From assembly GCA_016182655.1 (NCBI GenBank), contig JACPGB010000047.1, positions 48,367-112,366 on the forward strand: a DNA stretch of 64,000 nucleotides, written 5' to 3'. Shown piece after piece: positions 8,799-18,878 of this stretch (position 1 is the first letter of the stretch; each line of letters starts with the position of its first letter). Origin of the DNA: Deltaproteobacteria bacterium. Lineage in GTDB: Bacteria > Desulfobacterota > GWC2-55-46. The notes below the pieces were generated by a model. The model worked only from the letters and a program-made list of their open reading frames with translations, was not told the origin of the DNA and made no database searches. Position numbers and translations under genes: made by a program.

Positions 8799-10772
8799 AT
8801 GGAAAACATACCTCTCCTAAAAGACATCGTCATACTGATGGCGATATCGGTACCCATCTCGATACTGCTGTCGCGGGTGGGGCTACCGACTGTCATCGGC
8901 TTTCTTGTGACCGGCGTCATCATCGGCCCTTACGGGTTCGGGCTTGTGACCGAAATCGGCACGGTCGAGACCCTCTCGCAGATAGGCATAGTCCTCCTCC
9001 TTTTCACCATCGGGCTTGAGTTCTCGATAACGAGGATGCTTTCCTTGCGGAGGGAGGGCATCCTCGGGGGCGGCTTTCAGGTGGGCATCACCGTCCTCGT
9101 CGTCTTCGCAATCGGCATACTCCTCGGCTACTCGATGCCGGTCTCGCTCCTTTTGGGCTTCATCGTCTCTCTTTCGTCCACTGCCATAGTGTTGAAGCTC
9201 CTCCTTGACAAGGGCGAGGTCAACTCCCCGCACGGGAACCTCTCGGTCGGCATACTCATATTCCAGGACCTCTGCGTGGTGCTCATGGTCATGGTGATAC
9301 AGTCGATAGGCGGCAAGGGGGCGTCTTCGACGGTCGAAATAGCGCGCGCTCTCGGAATTTCCATAATAGCCTTCTTCATCATCGTAATCGCGGTCACCTA
9401 TCTCATACCCAGGCTCTTCAACCAGGTCGTGAAGCTCAGGAACCGCGAGGTCTTCATATTGACGATAGTCCTCGTCTGCCTCGGGACCGCGCTCATGACT
9501 TCCCTTTTCGGCCTCTCGCTCGCCCTTGGCGCGTTCATCGCCGGGCTCGCCATATCGGAATCCGAATACTCGGACCAGATAGTTGCCGAGGTCATCCCGT
9601 TCAGGGATACTTTTTCGGCCCTCTTTTTCATCTCCATCGGCATGCTACTCGATTTCAACTACCTCATCTCCAACCTCCCGGTCATCATCGGGGTAGTCGT
9701 GGTCATAATCGCGATAAAATCGCTCGCGCTCGTAGGTGTCGGGCAGATACTCAAGTATCCCTTGAGGCTCTCGATAGCCGCGGGCTTGAACCTCGCGCAA
9801 ATCGGCGAGTTCTCGTTCATACTCATAAAGATGGGAGACGACTTCGGCTTTCTTAGCGGTGGGCTCTACCAGGGGTTGCTTGCTTCCACGATAATCACGA
9901 TGGCGGCGACCCCGTTCATATTCCAGAGGTCGTCGAAGATAGCGCTCGGCGTGGGCAGGCACCTCGGCAGGCACTCGAGAGAGACCGCGAAAAAGTCCTC
10001 CCTCTCCAACCATGTGATCATCGTCGGCTACGGCGTGAACGGCCGGAACCTCGCGCGGGTCCTTAAGGAAACCGCGATAACCCACATCGTAATGGACATA
10101 AACATGGAGCGGGTGCGCGAGGCCAAGTCCGGCGGCCACAAGGCGGTCTTCGGCGACGCATCCCACCCAGAGGTCATAAAGGCGCTCGGCGTGGAGACCG
10201 CCAAGATGGTGGTCGTGGCCATATCCGACCCGATAAGCACGAGGAGGATAGTAAAGACCGCGCGCGACCAGAACCCTGCGGTCTCGATACTCGTCCGGAC
10301 CCGCTATTTGAGGGAGGTGGAGGACCTCTACAGGCTCGGCGCGAACCAGGTCATACCCGAGGAGTTCGAGACCTCTGTCGAGATATTCGCTCGCGTGCTC
10401 AGGGATTACCGCATCCCCGGGAACATCATCCAGAACCAGATAGACCTCATAAGGCAGGAGGGGTACGCGATGTTCCGGAACCCGTCGATTGCGGGTGAGA
10501 GGCTCACAAAGTTGACGGCGATACTCGAAAAGACCGTGATGGACACATTCTTCGTGGACAAGGGGTGCATGGTGGCGGGCAAGACGCTCGCCGCGCTGGA
10601 TCTAAGGAAGAAGACCGGGGCGACGATTATAGCGATAGTCCGGAAGGGCGAGGCCCGCACCAACCCGCCCGCCGACTTCCTCATCGAGGACGGGGACATC
10701 CTCGTCATACTCGGAAGCCATGCGCAGTTGAACCAGGCGTTTGAGATGCTTAACGAGAAGTGCCCGGCCTGA
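8799..10772 (+). CDS. Monovalent cation:proton antiporter (CPA2/Kef type) with TrkA-N and TrkA-C domains
   Basis: 657 aa. About 12 TM helices, a Rossmann GxGxxG (IIVGYGVNG) and a C-terminal TrkA-C domain. Confidence 0.8.
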   Translation: MENIPLLKDIVILMAISVPISILLSRVGLPTVIGFLVTGVIIGPYGFGLVTEIGTVETLSQIGIVLLLFTIGLEFSITRMLSLRREGILGGGFQVGITVLVVFAIGILLGYSMPVSLLLGFIVSLSSTAIVLKLLLDKGEVNSPHGNLSVGILIFQDLCVVLMVMVIQSIGGKGASSTVEIARALGISIIAFFIIVIAVTYLIPRLFNQVVKLRNREVFILTIVLVCLGTALMTSLFGLSLALGAFIAGLAISESEYSDQIVAEVIPFRDTFSALFFISIGMLLDFNYLISNLPVIIGVVVVIIAIKSLALVGVGQILKYPLRLSIAAGLNLAQIGEFSFILIKMGDDFGFLSGGLYQGLLASTIITMAATPFIFQRSSKIALGVGRHLGRHSRETAKKSSLSNHVIIVGYGVNGRNLARVLKETAITHIVMDINMERVREAKSGGHKAVFGDASHPEVIKALGVETAKMVVVAISDPISTRRIVKTARDQNPAVSILVRTRYLREVEDLYRLGANQVIPEEFETSVEIFARVLRDYRIPGNIIQNQIDLIRQEGYAMFRNPSIAGERLTKLTAILEKTVMDTFFVDKGCMVAGKTLAALDLRKKTGATIIAIVRKGEARTNPPADFLIEDGDILVILGSHAQLNQAFEMLNEKCPA

Positions 10773-10774
10773 CC

Positions 10775-10975
10775 CCTCCCGGCCTCCCCTTGTAAAAAGG
10801 GGAGGAGTTTAAGCAGTCTTTCCCCCTCTCCCCTTGTGGGAGAGGGCCGGGGTGAGGGGGATAATATTGAGGGTGGCATTTTTCACCCCCACCCTAACCC
10901 TCCCCCATCAAGGTGGAGGGGATTTCAACAAAAAAGCCCCCCTCCTTCCGGAGGGGGGCTTTTTAAATCTCATAT
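10775..10975. repeat. Palindromic repeat modules (cctccccttgtaaaaaggggaggag; ccctctccccttgtgggagaggg; cacccccaccctaaccctcccccatcaaggtggagggga)
   Basis: Same module family as at 8376-8760, 15800-16440, 21690-22430 and 28010-28190. Confidence 0.7.
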
Positions 10976-10984
10976 CGGAAATAC

Positions 10985-11275
10985 TTATCTGTCTTCGGGC
11001 AGCTTGTACCCCTTGCCGCCGAACTGCACCGCGTCCGGGTCCTCGCACCTCGGGGGAGATACCGCGTGCACGCCGCCGCACTTGGGGCACTTTCCGACGA
11101 ATGTCTTAAGGACAAATGCCTCGCCGCACCCCTGGCACTTGATCTTAAGCCCGCCATCCGGGATAGGGGCGTTCCTTACGCCGCCGCCGTGCGCCTGGTA
11201 GACGAACTCTATAAGCTCCACACCCTCTGAAAACGGCCCGCCTCCGGACGGTCCGCAGCTTCCGCAATCACCCAT
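10985..11275 (-). CDS. Cys-rich zinc-ribbon small protein
   Basis: 96 aa with Cys pairs DCGSCG, CQGCG and CPKCGG. Strong GAGGAGG RBS 10 nt upstream of the ATG. Confidence 0.5.
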   Translation of the reverse strand: MGDCGSCGPSGGGPFSEGVELIEFVYQAHGGGVRNAPIPDGGLKIKCQGCGEAFVLKTFVGKCPKCGGVHAVSPPRCEDPDAVQFGGKGYKLPEDR

Positions 11276-11596
11276 AAGAAAAACCTCCTCGATATTGAAG
11301 ATCTTTTTTGTTTGAAACCCCTTGGTCCAATCCTTTCAGGATACTATAAAAGAGACCATCGTTCAATTGAAAATATTACTGTTTTCCCGGCCCGGCGCGT
11401 ATGACATTTCTCAGCTACCCTCCTCTCTCGAAAGACACCGATAGCGCTGAATTCCTTTCATCTGTATATTTAAATGTTTCATTTGTATTTTATTTTTGAA
11501 AGCATATTTTTGACTAATTCATCTTTTTGGGATAGAATGTGGGCGAATTCGGAGAAAAGATCCATCCCCGTTAATATCAAGAAAAAGGCCGTATTT

Positions 11597-13948
11597 ATGC
11601 TGGAAGAGACAAGGACCGACGGAATCCCGCCCAGCCTCGAAGACCTCCCCAGAACCGAGATACTCATCATAGAGGACAGCCCGGTACAGGCGGAGGCGCT
11701 CAAGAATACCCTCTCTGTAGCGGGCTACGAGGTCTATGTCGCCCACAACGGCTTTCACGCGCTCGAGGTCATGAGGCGGAGAAGGCCGTCTCTGGTCATA
11801 AGCGACATTGAAATGCCCCTTATCGACGGGTACGAGGTCTGCCGCGCGATAAAAAGGGACCCTCTGCTCTGCGACATACCCGTGATACTCCTCACCGTGC
11901 TGAACGACAAGACCCATGTCATAAGGGGCCTCGATTCCGGGGCCGACGAGTACATCACAAAGCCCTACGACATGGACCTCCTCCTCTCCTCCATCAGGCA
12001 CCTCCTTTCAGGCACCGACGAGGGCAGGATAACCGAGACCCAGCGGGGCCTCGAAGTCGAGATCGACGGCAAAAGGCACGTCATCACCGCCGGGCGGAAG
12101 GAGATAATGGAGGTCCTCCTTTCTACTTACGAAAACGCGATGCACCAGTACCGCAAGCTCTTCGAGGCCGAATGCGCCCTTCAGGACCTTAACGGGACCC
12201 TCGAGGAAAAGGTCCGGCTGAGGACGGCCGAGCTTGAGGCCGAGATAAACGAGAGGAAGAGAGCCGAGCAGGAGGTAAGGAAGCTCTCGACGATAATCGA
12301 GCAGAGCGCGAACGTCGTCTTCGTAACGGACGGCTATGGCAAGATACAGTTCGTGAACCCCATGTTCGAAAGGCTTACCGGGTTCAAGGGTTCGGAAGCC
12401 GCGGGCAAGACCCTCTGGGAGCTTCAGGCCAACCCCGACCTAAGGGAAGACCTCCACAGCATATGGGATGGGGTGCTCAAGGGCAAGCCATGGAGCGGGG
12501 TACAAAAAAGCGAGAAACGCGACGGAGGGGAGTACTGGGTCGAGAGCGTGATAACGCCGCTCAGGAACGAGTCCGACGAGATAACCGGATACCTTGCCAT
12601 CCAGGAGGATGTCACCGAAAAACGACAGGCCTCCGCGAGGATCAAGTACCTCGCCCAGTACGACCCTGTAACGGGTCTTCTCAATAGGGCAAGGTTTTTG
12701 ACGCGCCTCGAGGAGGCGATATCCTTCAGACGGGGGGAGACCCGCGCGCACTCGCTCCTTATAGCCAATGTCGACAGGTTCAAGCTCATAAACGACGCTT
12801 ACGGCCACAACACGGGAGACGAGGTCCTTAAGGGCGTAGCGCGGCTCCTCCTCTCCCTTTCGGAAAACACCCCCGAGCTCCGGCCCGACCGCGCGGGCGA
12901 TGTCCTGCTCGCGCGGCTCGGGGCCGACGAGTTCGCCGTCTTTTTCGGGTGCGCCTCAAGGGAGGAGGCGGCCTCCGTGGCCGAGGCGCTCCGTTCGGGC
13001 GTCGAGGCGATGTCCTCCTCGATAGCCGAGAGGATAACCCTGTCCATCGGCGGCTCGTTCTACCCCGAGCACTCCGAGGACTCGAAGGGGCTCCTTTCCA
13101 AGGCGGACGCGGCGCTCTTCAGGGCAAAGACGCTCGGCAGGAACCGTTTCCACGCCTTCGAGCCCGAGGACCGCGACCTCGAAAACATGCATATGAAGCT
13201 CGAATGGAAGAACCGCATTGTGAGCGCGATAGAGGACGGGAGGTTCCTGCCGTGGTTCCAGCCCATCATGGATCTAAAGAGCAACAAGGTGAACCACTTC
13301 GAGGTGCTAGCGAGGATGCGGGACGAGTCCGGCGATATACTGCCGCCGAGCCGCTTCATCGAGATAGCCGAGTCGTTCGGCATCATCAACAACATCGACA
13401 GGATGATAATAGACAAGGCCTTCCGGTTCAGGGACCAGACCCATCGGGACAACGGCGTCACCTTCTCGATGAACATATCGGGTAAGAACCTCGGGGACAC
13501 CGACTTCCTCTCGTTCCTCAAGGGCAGGATAGGCGAGATGGGCCCCACGGCAAAGAACTTCATATTCGAGATAACCGAGACCGCGGCGGTGCGCGACGTC
13601 GACAGGGCGGTCCGTTTCATCAACACACTCAAGGAGATGGGGTGCAGGTTCTCGCTCGACGACTTCGGTGTGGGGTTCTCGTCTTTCGCCTACTTGAAAA
13701 TGATGGATGTGGACTTCCTCAAGATTGACGGGTCTTTCATAAAGAAGCTCGACACCGACCAGAAGGACCGGCTGTTCGTCAAAACCATAGTCGATGTGGC
13801 CGGCGAGCTCAACATAAGGACCGTCGCCGAGTTCGTGGAGAGGGCCGAGACGCTCGATATCCTCCGGGAGTACGGGGTCGACTACGCGCAGGGGTACTAC
13901 ATCGGGATGCCGGGGCCGGGGCTGGAGAGCGTGGTAGGGAGGGCTTAA
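11597..13948 (+). CDS. Response-regulator receiver + PAS + GGDEF (degenerate GADEF) + EAL protein, probable c-di-GMP phosphodiesterase
   Basis: REC domain with the phospho-acceptor Asp in VISDIEMP. A PAS region follows. RLGADEF stands in place of RxGGDEF. EAL-domain motifs are present (EVLAR, DDFGVG). The start is uncertain: 11537 and 11474 are alternatives. Confidence 0.8.
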   Translation: MLEETRTDGIPPSLEDLPRTEILIIEDSPVQAEALKNTLSVAGYEVYVAHNGFHALEVMRRRRPSLVISDIEMPLIDGYEVCRAIKRDPLLCDIPVILLTVLNDKTHVIRGLDSGADEYITKPYDMDLLLSSIRHLLSGTDEGRITETQRGLEVEIDGKRHVITAGRKEIMEVLLSTYENAMHQYRKLFEAECALQDLNGTLEEKVRLRTAELEAEINERKRAEQEVRKLSTIIEQSANVVFVTDGYGKIQFVNPMFERLTGFKGSEAAGKTLWELQANPDLREDLHSIWDGVLKGKPWSGVQKSEKRDGGEYWVESVITPLRNESDEITGYLAIQEDVTEKRQASARIKYLAQYDPVTGLLNRARFLTRLEEAISFRRGETRAHSLLIANVDRFKLINDAYGHNTGDEVLKGVARLLLSLSENTPELRPDRAGDVLLARLGADEFAVFFGCASREEAASVAEALRSGVEAMSSSIAERITLSIGGSFYPEHSEDSKGLLSKADAALFRAKTLGRNRFHAFEPEDRDLENMHMKLEWKNRIVSAIEDGRFLPWFQPIMDLKSNKVNHFEVLARMRDESGDILPPSRFIEIAESFGIINNIDRMIIDKAFRFRDQTHRDNGVTFSMNISGKNLGDTDFLSFLKGRIGEMGPTAKNFIFEITETAAVRDVDRAVRFINTLKEMGCRFSLDDFGVGFSSFAYLKMMDVDFLKIDGSFIKKLDTDQKDRLFVKTIVDVAGELNIRTVAEFVERAETLDILREYGVDYAQGYYIGMPGPGLESVVGRA

Positions 13949-14012
13949 GGTTTAAGGAACAAGAAAAGCCGTTTTCCTCCATTACCTTTATGACAGCCTC
14001 GTACTGACTCAC

Positions 14013-15169
14013 CTACACCCTCTCATACGGATCAAACAATTTTTTATACTCGTCCAGCGCGAACCTGTCGGTCATCCCCGCGATGTAGTCGCAGACGACG
14101 CGGTGCTTGTCCCGGCCGGACTTGTCTATCAGCGAATGTATATGCGGCGGCAGGAGCTTCGGCGCGCGCAGGTAAGCCTTGAAGAGCTCCTTTATTATCC
14201 GCTCGGCCTTGTCAGCCATGCGGACGACCCTGTGGTGCCTGTAGAGGTTCTCTTTGAGGAACTTCTTCAACTGGCGGTTCTTCCTGTCCATCTCCGGGGA
14301 AAACCGCGCGACTATCCCCCTCGCCCTGACCGCGTCGAGCGACCCTATCCCTTCGGCCTCGATCGTCTTCAAGACCGTCTCGACGAGGTCCGTAACCTGC
14401 TCGTTGATTATCTTTACGATGGTCTGATATTTGAGCACCTTGAAGTCCGCCTCCGGATAAAGCGCCTTCACCTCGTCGAAGTGCGCGCTCCAGAGGTCGA
14501 CGGACTTTAATGCAGAGGGGTCTATCATCTCCGACGATATACCGTCGTCTATGTCGTGGTTGTTGTAGGCTATCTCGTCGGCAAGGTCCGCAATCTGCGC
14601 TTCGAGGCACGCGGACTTTTCTTTTTCATACTCGGAATTTACGCCGGGCCTGTCGTGCTCCGAGGAATGCTTCACAATACCCTCCCTCACTTCATACGTA
14701 AGGTTGAGACCGTTGAACCCCGGATACCTTTTTTCAAGCTCCTCGACTATCCGGAGGCTGTGCGCGTTGTGCTCGAAGCCGCCGTGGTCTGACATAAGCT
14801 CGTTCAGCACGTTTTCCCCGGAGTGGCCGAACGGGGGGTGACCTAAGTCATGGGAAAGCGCGATGGCTTCTGATAAATCTTCATTAAGGCCGAGAGCTCT
14901 CGCTATAGTCCGGGAGATCTGCGCGACCTCTATGGTATGAGTAAGTCTCGTCCTGTAGTGGTCGCCTTCGTGGAATACGAAGACCTGGGTCTTGTACTCA
15001 AGACGCCTGAATGCGTGACAGTGGATTATGCGGTCGCGGTCCCTCTGGAAAGGGGTCCTGAAGGGATGCTCGGCCTCCGGGTGCTTCCGGCCCCTCGTCT
15101 CCGCGCTCTTTACGGCGTAGGGGGCGAGCCTTTGGGCCTCGAGTTCCGGGTAGTTCGGCTCTTTTGACA
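14013..15169 (-). CDS. dGTP triphosphohydrolase-like HD-domain protein
   Basis: HD motif HDLGHPPFGH and dGTPase-family conservation. The ATG at 15169 has a GGGGA RBS. The ORF-track start at 15200 is a TTG extension. Confidence 0.8.
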
Positions 15170-15203
15170 TTGACAAATCCCCAAACAATAATAAAATCAA
15201 ACT

Positions 15204-15797
15204 ATGAAAAACCTAACGCTCGTCCCGGTCCTGCTGATTCTGCTCCTCGCATCAGGCTGCGGCTCGGTCCTTACAAAGGAACTTGTGAAGGACATTGACC
15301 GCAATATCACGATTGAAAGCGTCCAGGCCGACCCCGAACGCTACATAGGCAAAAAAGTCGTCTGGGGCGGCATAGTTCTCGCCACCAGCAATCTTGAGGC
15401 GACTACCGAGGTCGAGGTCCTTGAGACGACCCTCTCCTTCGACGACAGGCCGGAAAACGGGTCGTCCCGGGGCAGGTTCATAATCGAGGCCAAAAAATAC
15501 CTCGACGCAAACGTCTACAAGGAAGAAAAAAGGATCACCGTAGCCGGGGTCGTGAGCAGGGTGGAGACGAGGAAGATCGGGCAGATGGACTACCCGTTCC
15601 CGGTCATAACCCCCATCGAGATGAAGCTATTCGACAAGATGGAGCCTTACGCGCCCGATTATTACAGCCAGCCGTATTACCCGTACTACGGGCCCTACAG
15701 CCCCTACTACCCGTTCAACCCATACGGGCCGACCTACCCCTACGGCCCGAACCCGAACAGATACCCGTACCCGTATCCGTACTACCCATATCCGTGA
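15204..15797 (+). CDS. Slp-family outer-membrane lipoprotein with a C-terminal Tyr/Pro repeat tail
   Basis: Lipobox LLASGC. Slp-like core (GKKVVWGGIV...GRFIIEA). Ends in PYYPYYGPYSPYYPFNPYGPTYPYGPNPNRYPYPYPYYPYP. Confidence 0.65.
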   Translation: MKNLTLVPVLLILLLASGCGSVLTKELVKDIDRNITIESVQADPERYIGKKVVWGGIVLATSNLEATTEVEVLETTLSFDDRPENGSSRGRFIIEAKKYLDANVYKEEKRITVAGVVSRVETRKIGQMDYPFPVITPIEMKLFDKMEPYAPDYYSQPYYPYYGPYSPYYPFNPYGPTYPYGPNPNRYPYPYPYYPYP

Positions 15798-15799
15798 TG

Positions 15800-16440
15800 C
15801 TTCTTGCGCTTGACAGAGGCGGGCCGAAAGGCCCGCCTTTTTTTATTTAGAAGAGAGGAAGAAAAACATTTAAAACCACCCCTCCCAACCTCCCCTTGTA
15901 AAAGGGAGGAGCCAACCATAATCTCCCCCGGCCCCTCTTTAGAAAAGAGGGGGGTTTTAACCTCCCCTCCCTCGATGGGAGGGGATTGAGGGGAGGGTGA
16001 CTGCTCGGCGCAGGGCCAAAGTCGGTACGGAGCCTCCGGGGTAATCGATTCTCCTGCCGTAAGTTACAAATTTGCCTGCCCGGCGAGGGCCCCCTCACCC
16101 CGGCCCTCTCCCACCAGGGGAGAGGGGGTTCAGGCTTCGTTGGATCTCAAAACGCTGGACCCCGCTTTAAGCATGCGGGGATGACAATTTGGTTTTGCCT
16201 GTCATTCCCGAGGCATTAATCGGGAATCCAGTTAAAGGGCCTCCATAATCTCCCCCGCCCATCTTTAGAAAAGAGGGGGGATTAGCGATCTTCTCCTCTC
16301 CTTTACAAGGGGAGGTTGGGAGGGGTGGTTTGAAAGCGACCTCCCCTTGCCCCTCCTTGGTAAGGAGGGGAATCAAAAATCATCCCTTTTCCGAGGGGGG
16401 ACAGTTCGGCTTTGTCTTCATCCTGAGCAAAACCCCTACT
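15800..16440. repeat. Large mosaic of palindromic repeat modules, including an inverted ~90-nt element (about 16003-16090) and GTCATTCCCG...CGGGAAT hairpins
   Basis: Multiple G/C-rich hairpins seen by eye. The ORF-track ORFs 15847..16098 and 16167..16376 are artefacts. Confidence 0.7.
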
Positions 16441-16573
16441 TCGGGCCGCAGCCGTCCTTGACGCCCCTTAAATACAACAGGTACTCGTCATAGTAGTCGT
16501 CCATGAACTCGAACATGTTCTTGCCGTCGGTCTCTATTCCCTTCTTGATCCTCAGGTATTCAAGGAAAGTCAT
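16436..16573 (-). CDS. Candidate 45-aa small protein (MTFLEYLRIKKGIETDGKNMFEFMDDYYDEYLLYLRGVKDGCGPK)
   Basis: ATG at 16573 with a GGAGG 5 nt upstream. Begins 31 nt downstream of the queC stop on the same strand. Shorter than the ORF-track cutoff. Confidence 0.35.
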   Translation of the reverse strand: MTFLEYLRIKKGIETDGKNMFEFMDDYYDEYLLYLRGVKDGCGPK

Positions 16574-16604
16574 GGTGCCTCCGTATCTTTAATCGAGAGC
16601 GGCC

Positions 16605-17282
16605 CTAAAGCGCGGCCTTCTGCCTGTATGGTATCGGGTCTTTCGCTCCGGCCTCAGAGAAGCCCCGGAGCCTCAAGAGGCACGAATCGCACTCGCCGCA
16701 GGCGAGCGTTTCGTCCCTGTAGCACGACCATGTAAGGTGGAGCGGGGCCTTGAGCTCCAGCCCCTTTTTTACAATATCGGCCTTCCTCAAGTGGATGAGT
16801 GGGGTTATTATTTTAATGTCCGACCCCGGCTTTTTCCCCAGGTTCGCGGCCTTCTCGAAGGCAGTAAAGAACGCCTCCCTGCAGTCCGGATAGCCTGAGC
16901 TGTCCTCCTCGACCGCGCCGATATAGATGTTTTTCGCGGCTATGACCTCTGCCCAGGAGACGGCTATTGAAAGAAAATTCGCGTTCCTGAAAGGGACATA
17001 GGTCGAGGGGACGCCCTTCCTCGAAAGGTCGCCTTCGGGCACCTCAATCGCGGAGTCGGTCAGGGCCGAGCCGCCTATCTTTTTAAGATAGCTTATGTCT
17101 ACGACGAGCCTTTCCCTTACGCCGCAGCTCTCCGCTATGGCGTTAAAGGCCTTAAGCTCCCTCGCCTCGGTCCTCTGACCGTAGTTTATGTGGAGAAAGG
17201 CGGCAGTCCCTTCCAGAACCGCTATGGCGGCGGTAACGGCGCTGTCCATGCCGCCGCTTACAAGTACGATGGAATCTGCCAT
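16605..17282 (-). CDS. queC: 7-cyano-7-deazaguanine synthase
   Basis: 225 aa. SGGxDS PP-loop motif and a C-terminal CxxC...C zinc site. Strong QueC family similarity. Confidence 0.9.
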   Translation of the reverse strand: MADSIVLVSGGMDSAVTAAIAVLEGTAAFLHINYGQRTEARELKAFNAIAESCGVRERLVVDISYLKKIGGSALTDSAIEVPEGDLSRKGVPSTYVPFRNANFLSIAVSWAEVIAAKNIYIGAVEEDSSGYPDCREAFFTAFEKAANLGKKPGSDIKIITPLIHLRKADIVKKGLELKAPLHLTWSCYRDETLACGECDSCLLRLRGFSEAGAKDPIPYRQKAAL

Positions 17283-17313
17283 TGAAATATTAAATCATAT
17301 CCCCCTGGAAGCC

Positions 17314-18864
17314 TCAACCAAAAATTTCCTCGAATAAACGGGGTAGCGACTCACCGAACGGCCTCTCGGAGTTCACCATTATATCCATGCTCACAGCCTC
17401 GAACGCCTCTTTCTGCTTGAGATAGACATCCCACCCGGCGTCTGATATGCCCTTCATCGCGCATTCGGCGTCCCTTTTACGGAACCGTCCCTTTACGGCG
17501 TCGTCCTTGGCGACACATTCGATGATGTGCGAACGCGCCCCTGCCTCAAGGGCGGCCCTTTGGGCCTCGTCCACGTGCCTGGCCTTTGAGAAGGTCGCGT
17601 CAAGTATGACAGAGCGGCCCTCCTTAAGGAGTGCGGCGGCCCTATTGATCATCTCGATGTAAGTCCTCTCCGTGAACTCGGTAGAGTATATCCCCTCTCC
17701 GTACCGGGCCCGGGCCTTTTCCGTTGGTTTGAGTCCGGCGAGCTCCTTCCGGATATTATCCGTAGAGAGTATCGCGAGGTTCGTTACATCGGCTATCATA
17801 CGCGCAAGGGTCGATTTGCCGGTCCCTGAAAGCCCCCTGATCATTATGACCGTAGGCCTCCATCTCGAGGCATAGAGCCCGGCAAGATGGAAGTGATACC
17901 TGGCAGACAGCTCTGATGAAAGCCGATCTTCCTCCGGCACCTCTTTCTCCATCGACTTGAACCCCTCGACCTTTCCCCTGACATAGGCGCGGTAGCATTT
18001 GTAAAAATCGAGCAAGTGGGCGCCTTCCGTATCGTTTGAAGCCCTGAAGTACTCGTCATCAAAGGCCTTTGATAAGTCCCTTCTGTTGTGATAGTCGAGG
18101 TCCATCGAAAGAAAGGCCATATCCGCCACGGTATCCGAGTGCCTGAACCGCTCATTGAACTCTATGCAGTCGATGATGTTGATGCCGTCGACAATCGAGA
18201 TGTGCTCGGTGTGTATGTCCCCGTGGCAGTCGCGGACGAACCCGCCCCCGGCCCTTATTCTAAAGAGGTCGCCGTTCCTGTCCAGAAACCCTTCTGTCCA
18301 GGATTTGAGCCTCTCGTAGAGCGCGCCTGTTATTGTCCTCCCAACGAACGGGTCGGTCTGCATGAAGTTCTCGGAGGTGTTCTTCGAGACGAACTCAGGA
18401 AGGCCGAACGAGGCGATATGCTCATTCACCCCGGCCCCGGCGTGGAAAGCGGCGACTACGCGCGCAATCCTCCTTATGACCTCTTCCGGGACCTTCCCAT
18501 CCTTCAGCGCGCGCTTGAGCATCGATTCCTCCGGGAGCCGCTTCATCTTTACCGCGTACTCGACGGCTTCGCCCTCGCCCTCGATCTTTATCGACCCATC
18601 GGATGAGCAGATCTTTACGACCCCGAGGTATACGCCCGGCGCGAGGCGGGTGTTGAGGCGTACCTCTTCCTCACAAAAGAAGAGCCTCTTATCTATCGTC
18701 GTAAAATCGAGGAAGCCGAAGTCCACGGGCTTCTTTATCTTGTAGACGAACCTGTCGGTAAATATCAGGTAAGAGACGTGGGTCTGGGCGAGCGTGATGG
18801 AGCCGGGGTCTTCGGGAAAGGCCGTGGGATGGAGGAGCGCGTCTATTATCGGCGGGAGAAGCAC
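17314..18864 (-). CDS. Fused aminoglycoside-phosphotransferase-like kinase domain + P-loop kinase/ATPase domain protein
   Basis: N-terminal APH/protein-kinase fold (HGDIHTEHI, IDCIEFNERF). C-terminal Walker A GLSGTGKST. The ORF-track start at 19026 overlaps hpt by about 150 nt. A GTG at 18864 is proposed as the start instead, but this is uncertain. Confidence 0.6.
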   Translation of the reverse strand: MLLPPIIDALLHPTAFPEDPGSITLAQTHVSYLIFTDRFVYKIKKPVDFGFLDFTTIDKRLFFCEEEVRLNTRLAPGVYLGVVKICSSDGSIKIEGEGEAVEYAVKMKRLPEESMLKRALKDGKVPEEVIRRIARVVAAFHAGAGVNEHIASFGLPEFVSKNTSENFMQTDPFVGRTITGALYERLKSWTEGFLDRNGDLFRIRAGGGFVRDCHGDIHTEHISIVDGINIIDCIEFNERFRHSDTVADMAFLSMDLDYHNRRDLSKAFDDEYFRASNDTEGAHLLDFYKCYRAYVRGKVEGFKSMEKEVPEEDRLSSELSARYHFHLAGLYASRWRPTVIMIRGLSGTGKSTLARMIADVTNLAILSTDNIRKELAGLKPTEKARARYGEGIYSTEFTERTYIEMINRAAALLKEGRSVILDATFSKARHVDEAQRAALEAGARSHIIECVAKDDAVKGRFRKRDAECAMKGISDAGWDVYLKQKEAFEAVSMDIMVNSERPFGESLPRLFEEIFG

Positions 18865-18878
18865 CGTGGCCCCCGTTA

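Noticed and set aside
8376-8923. ORF-track ORFs 8376..8588(-) and 8558..8923(-) inside the repeat block
   Set aside because: They lie entirely within palindromic GC-rich repeats. The predicted peptides are low-complexity (PSPLMGEGRGGGE-like), have no RBS, and the same pseudo-peptides recur wherever the repeats recur.
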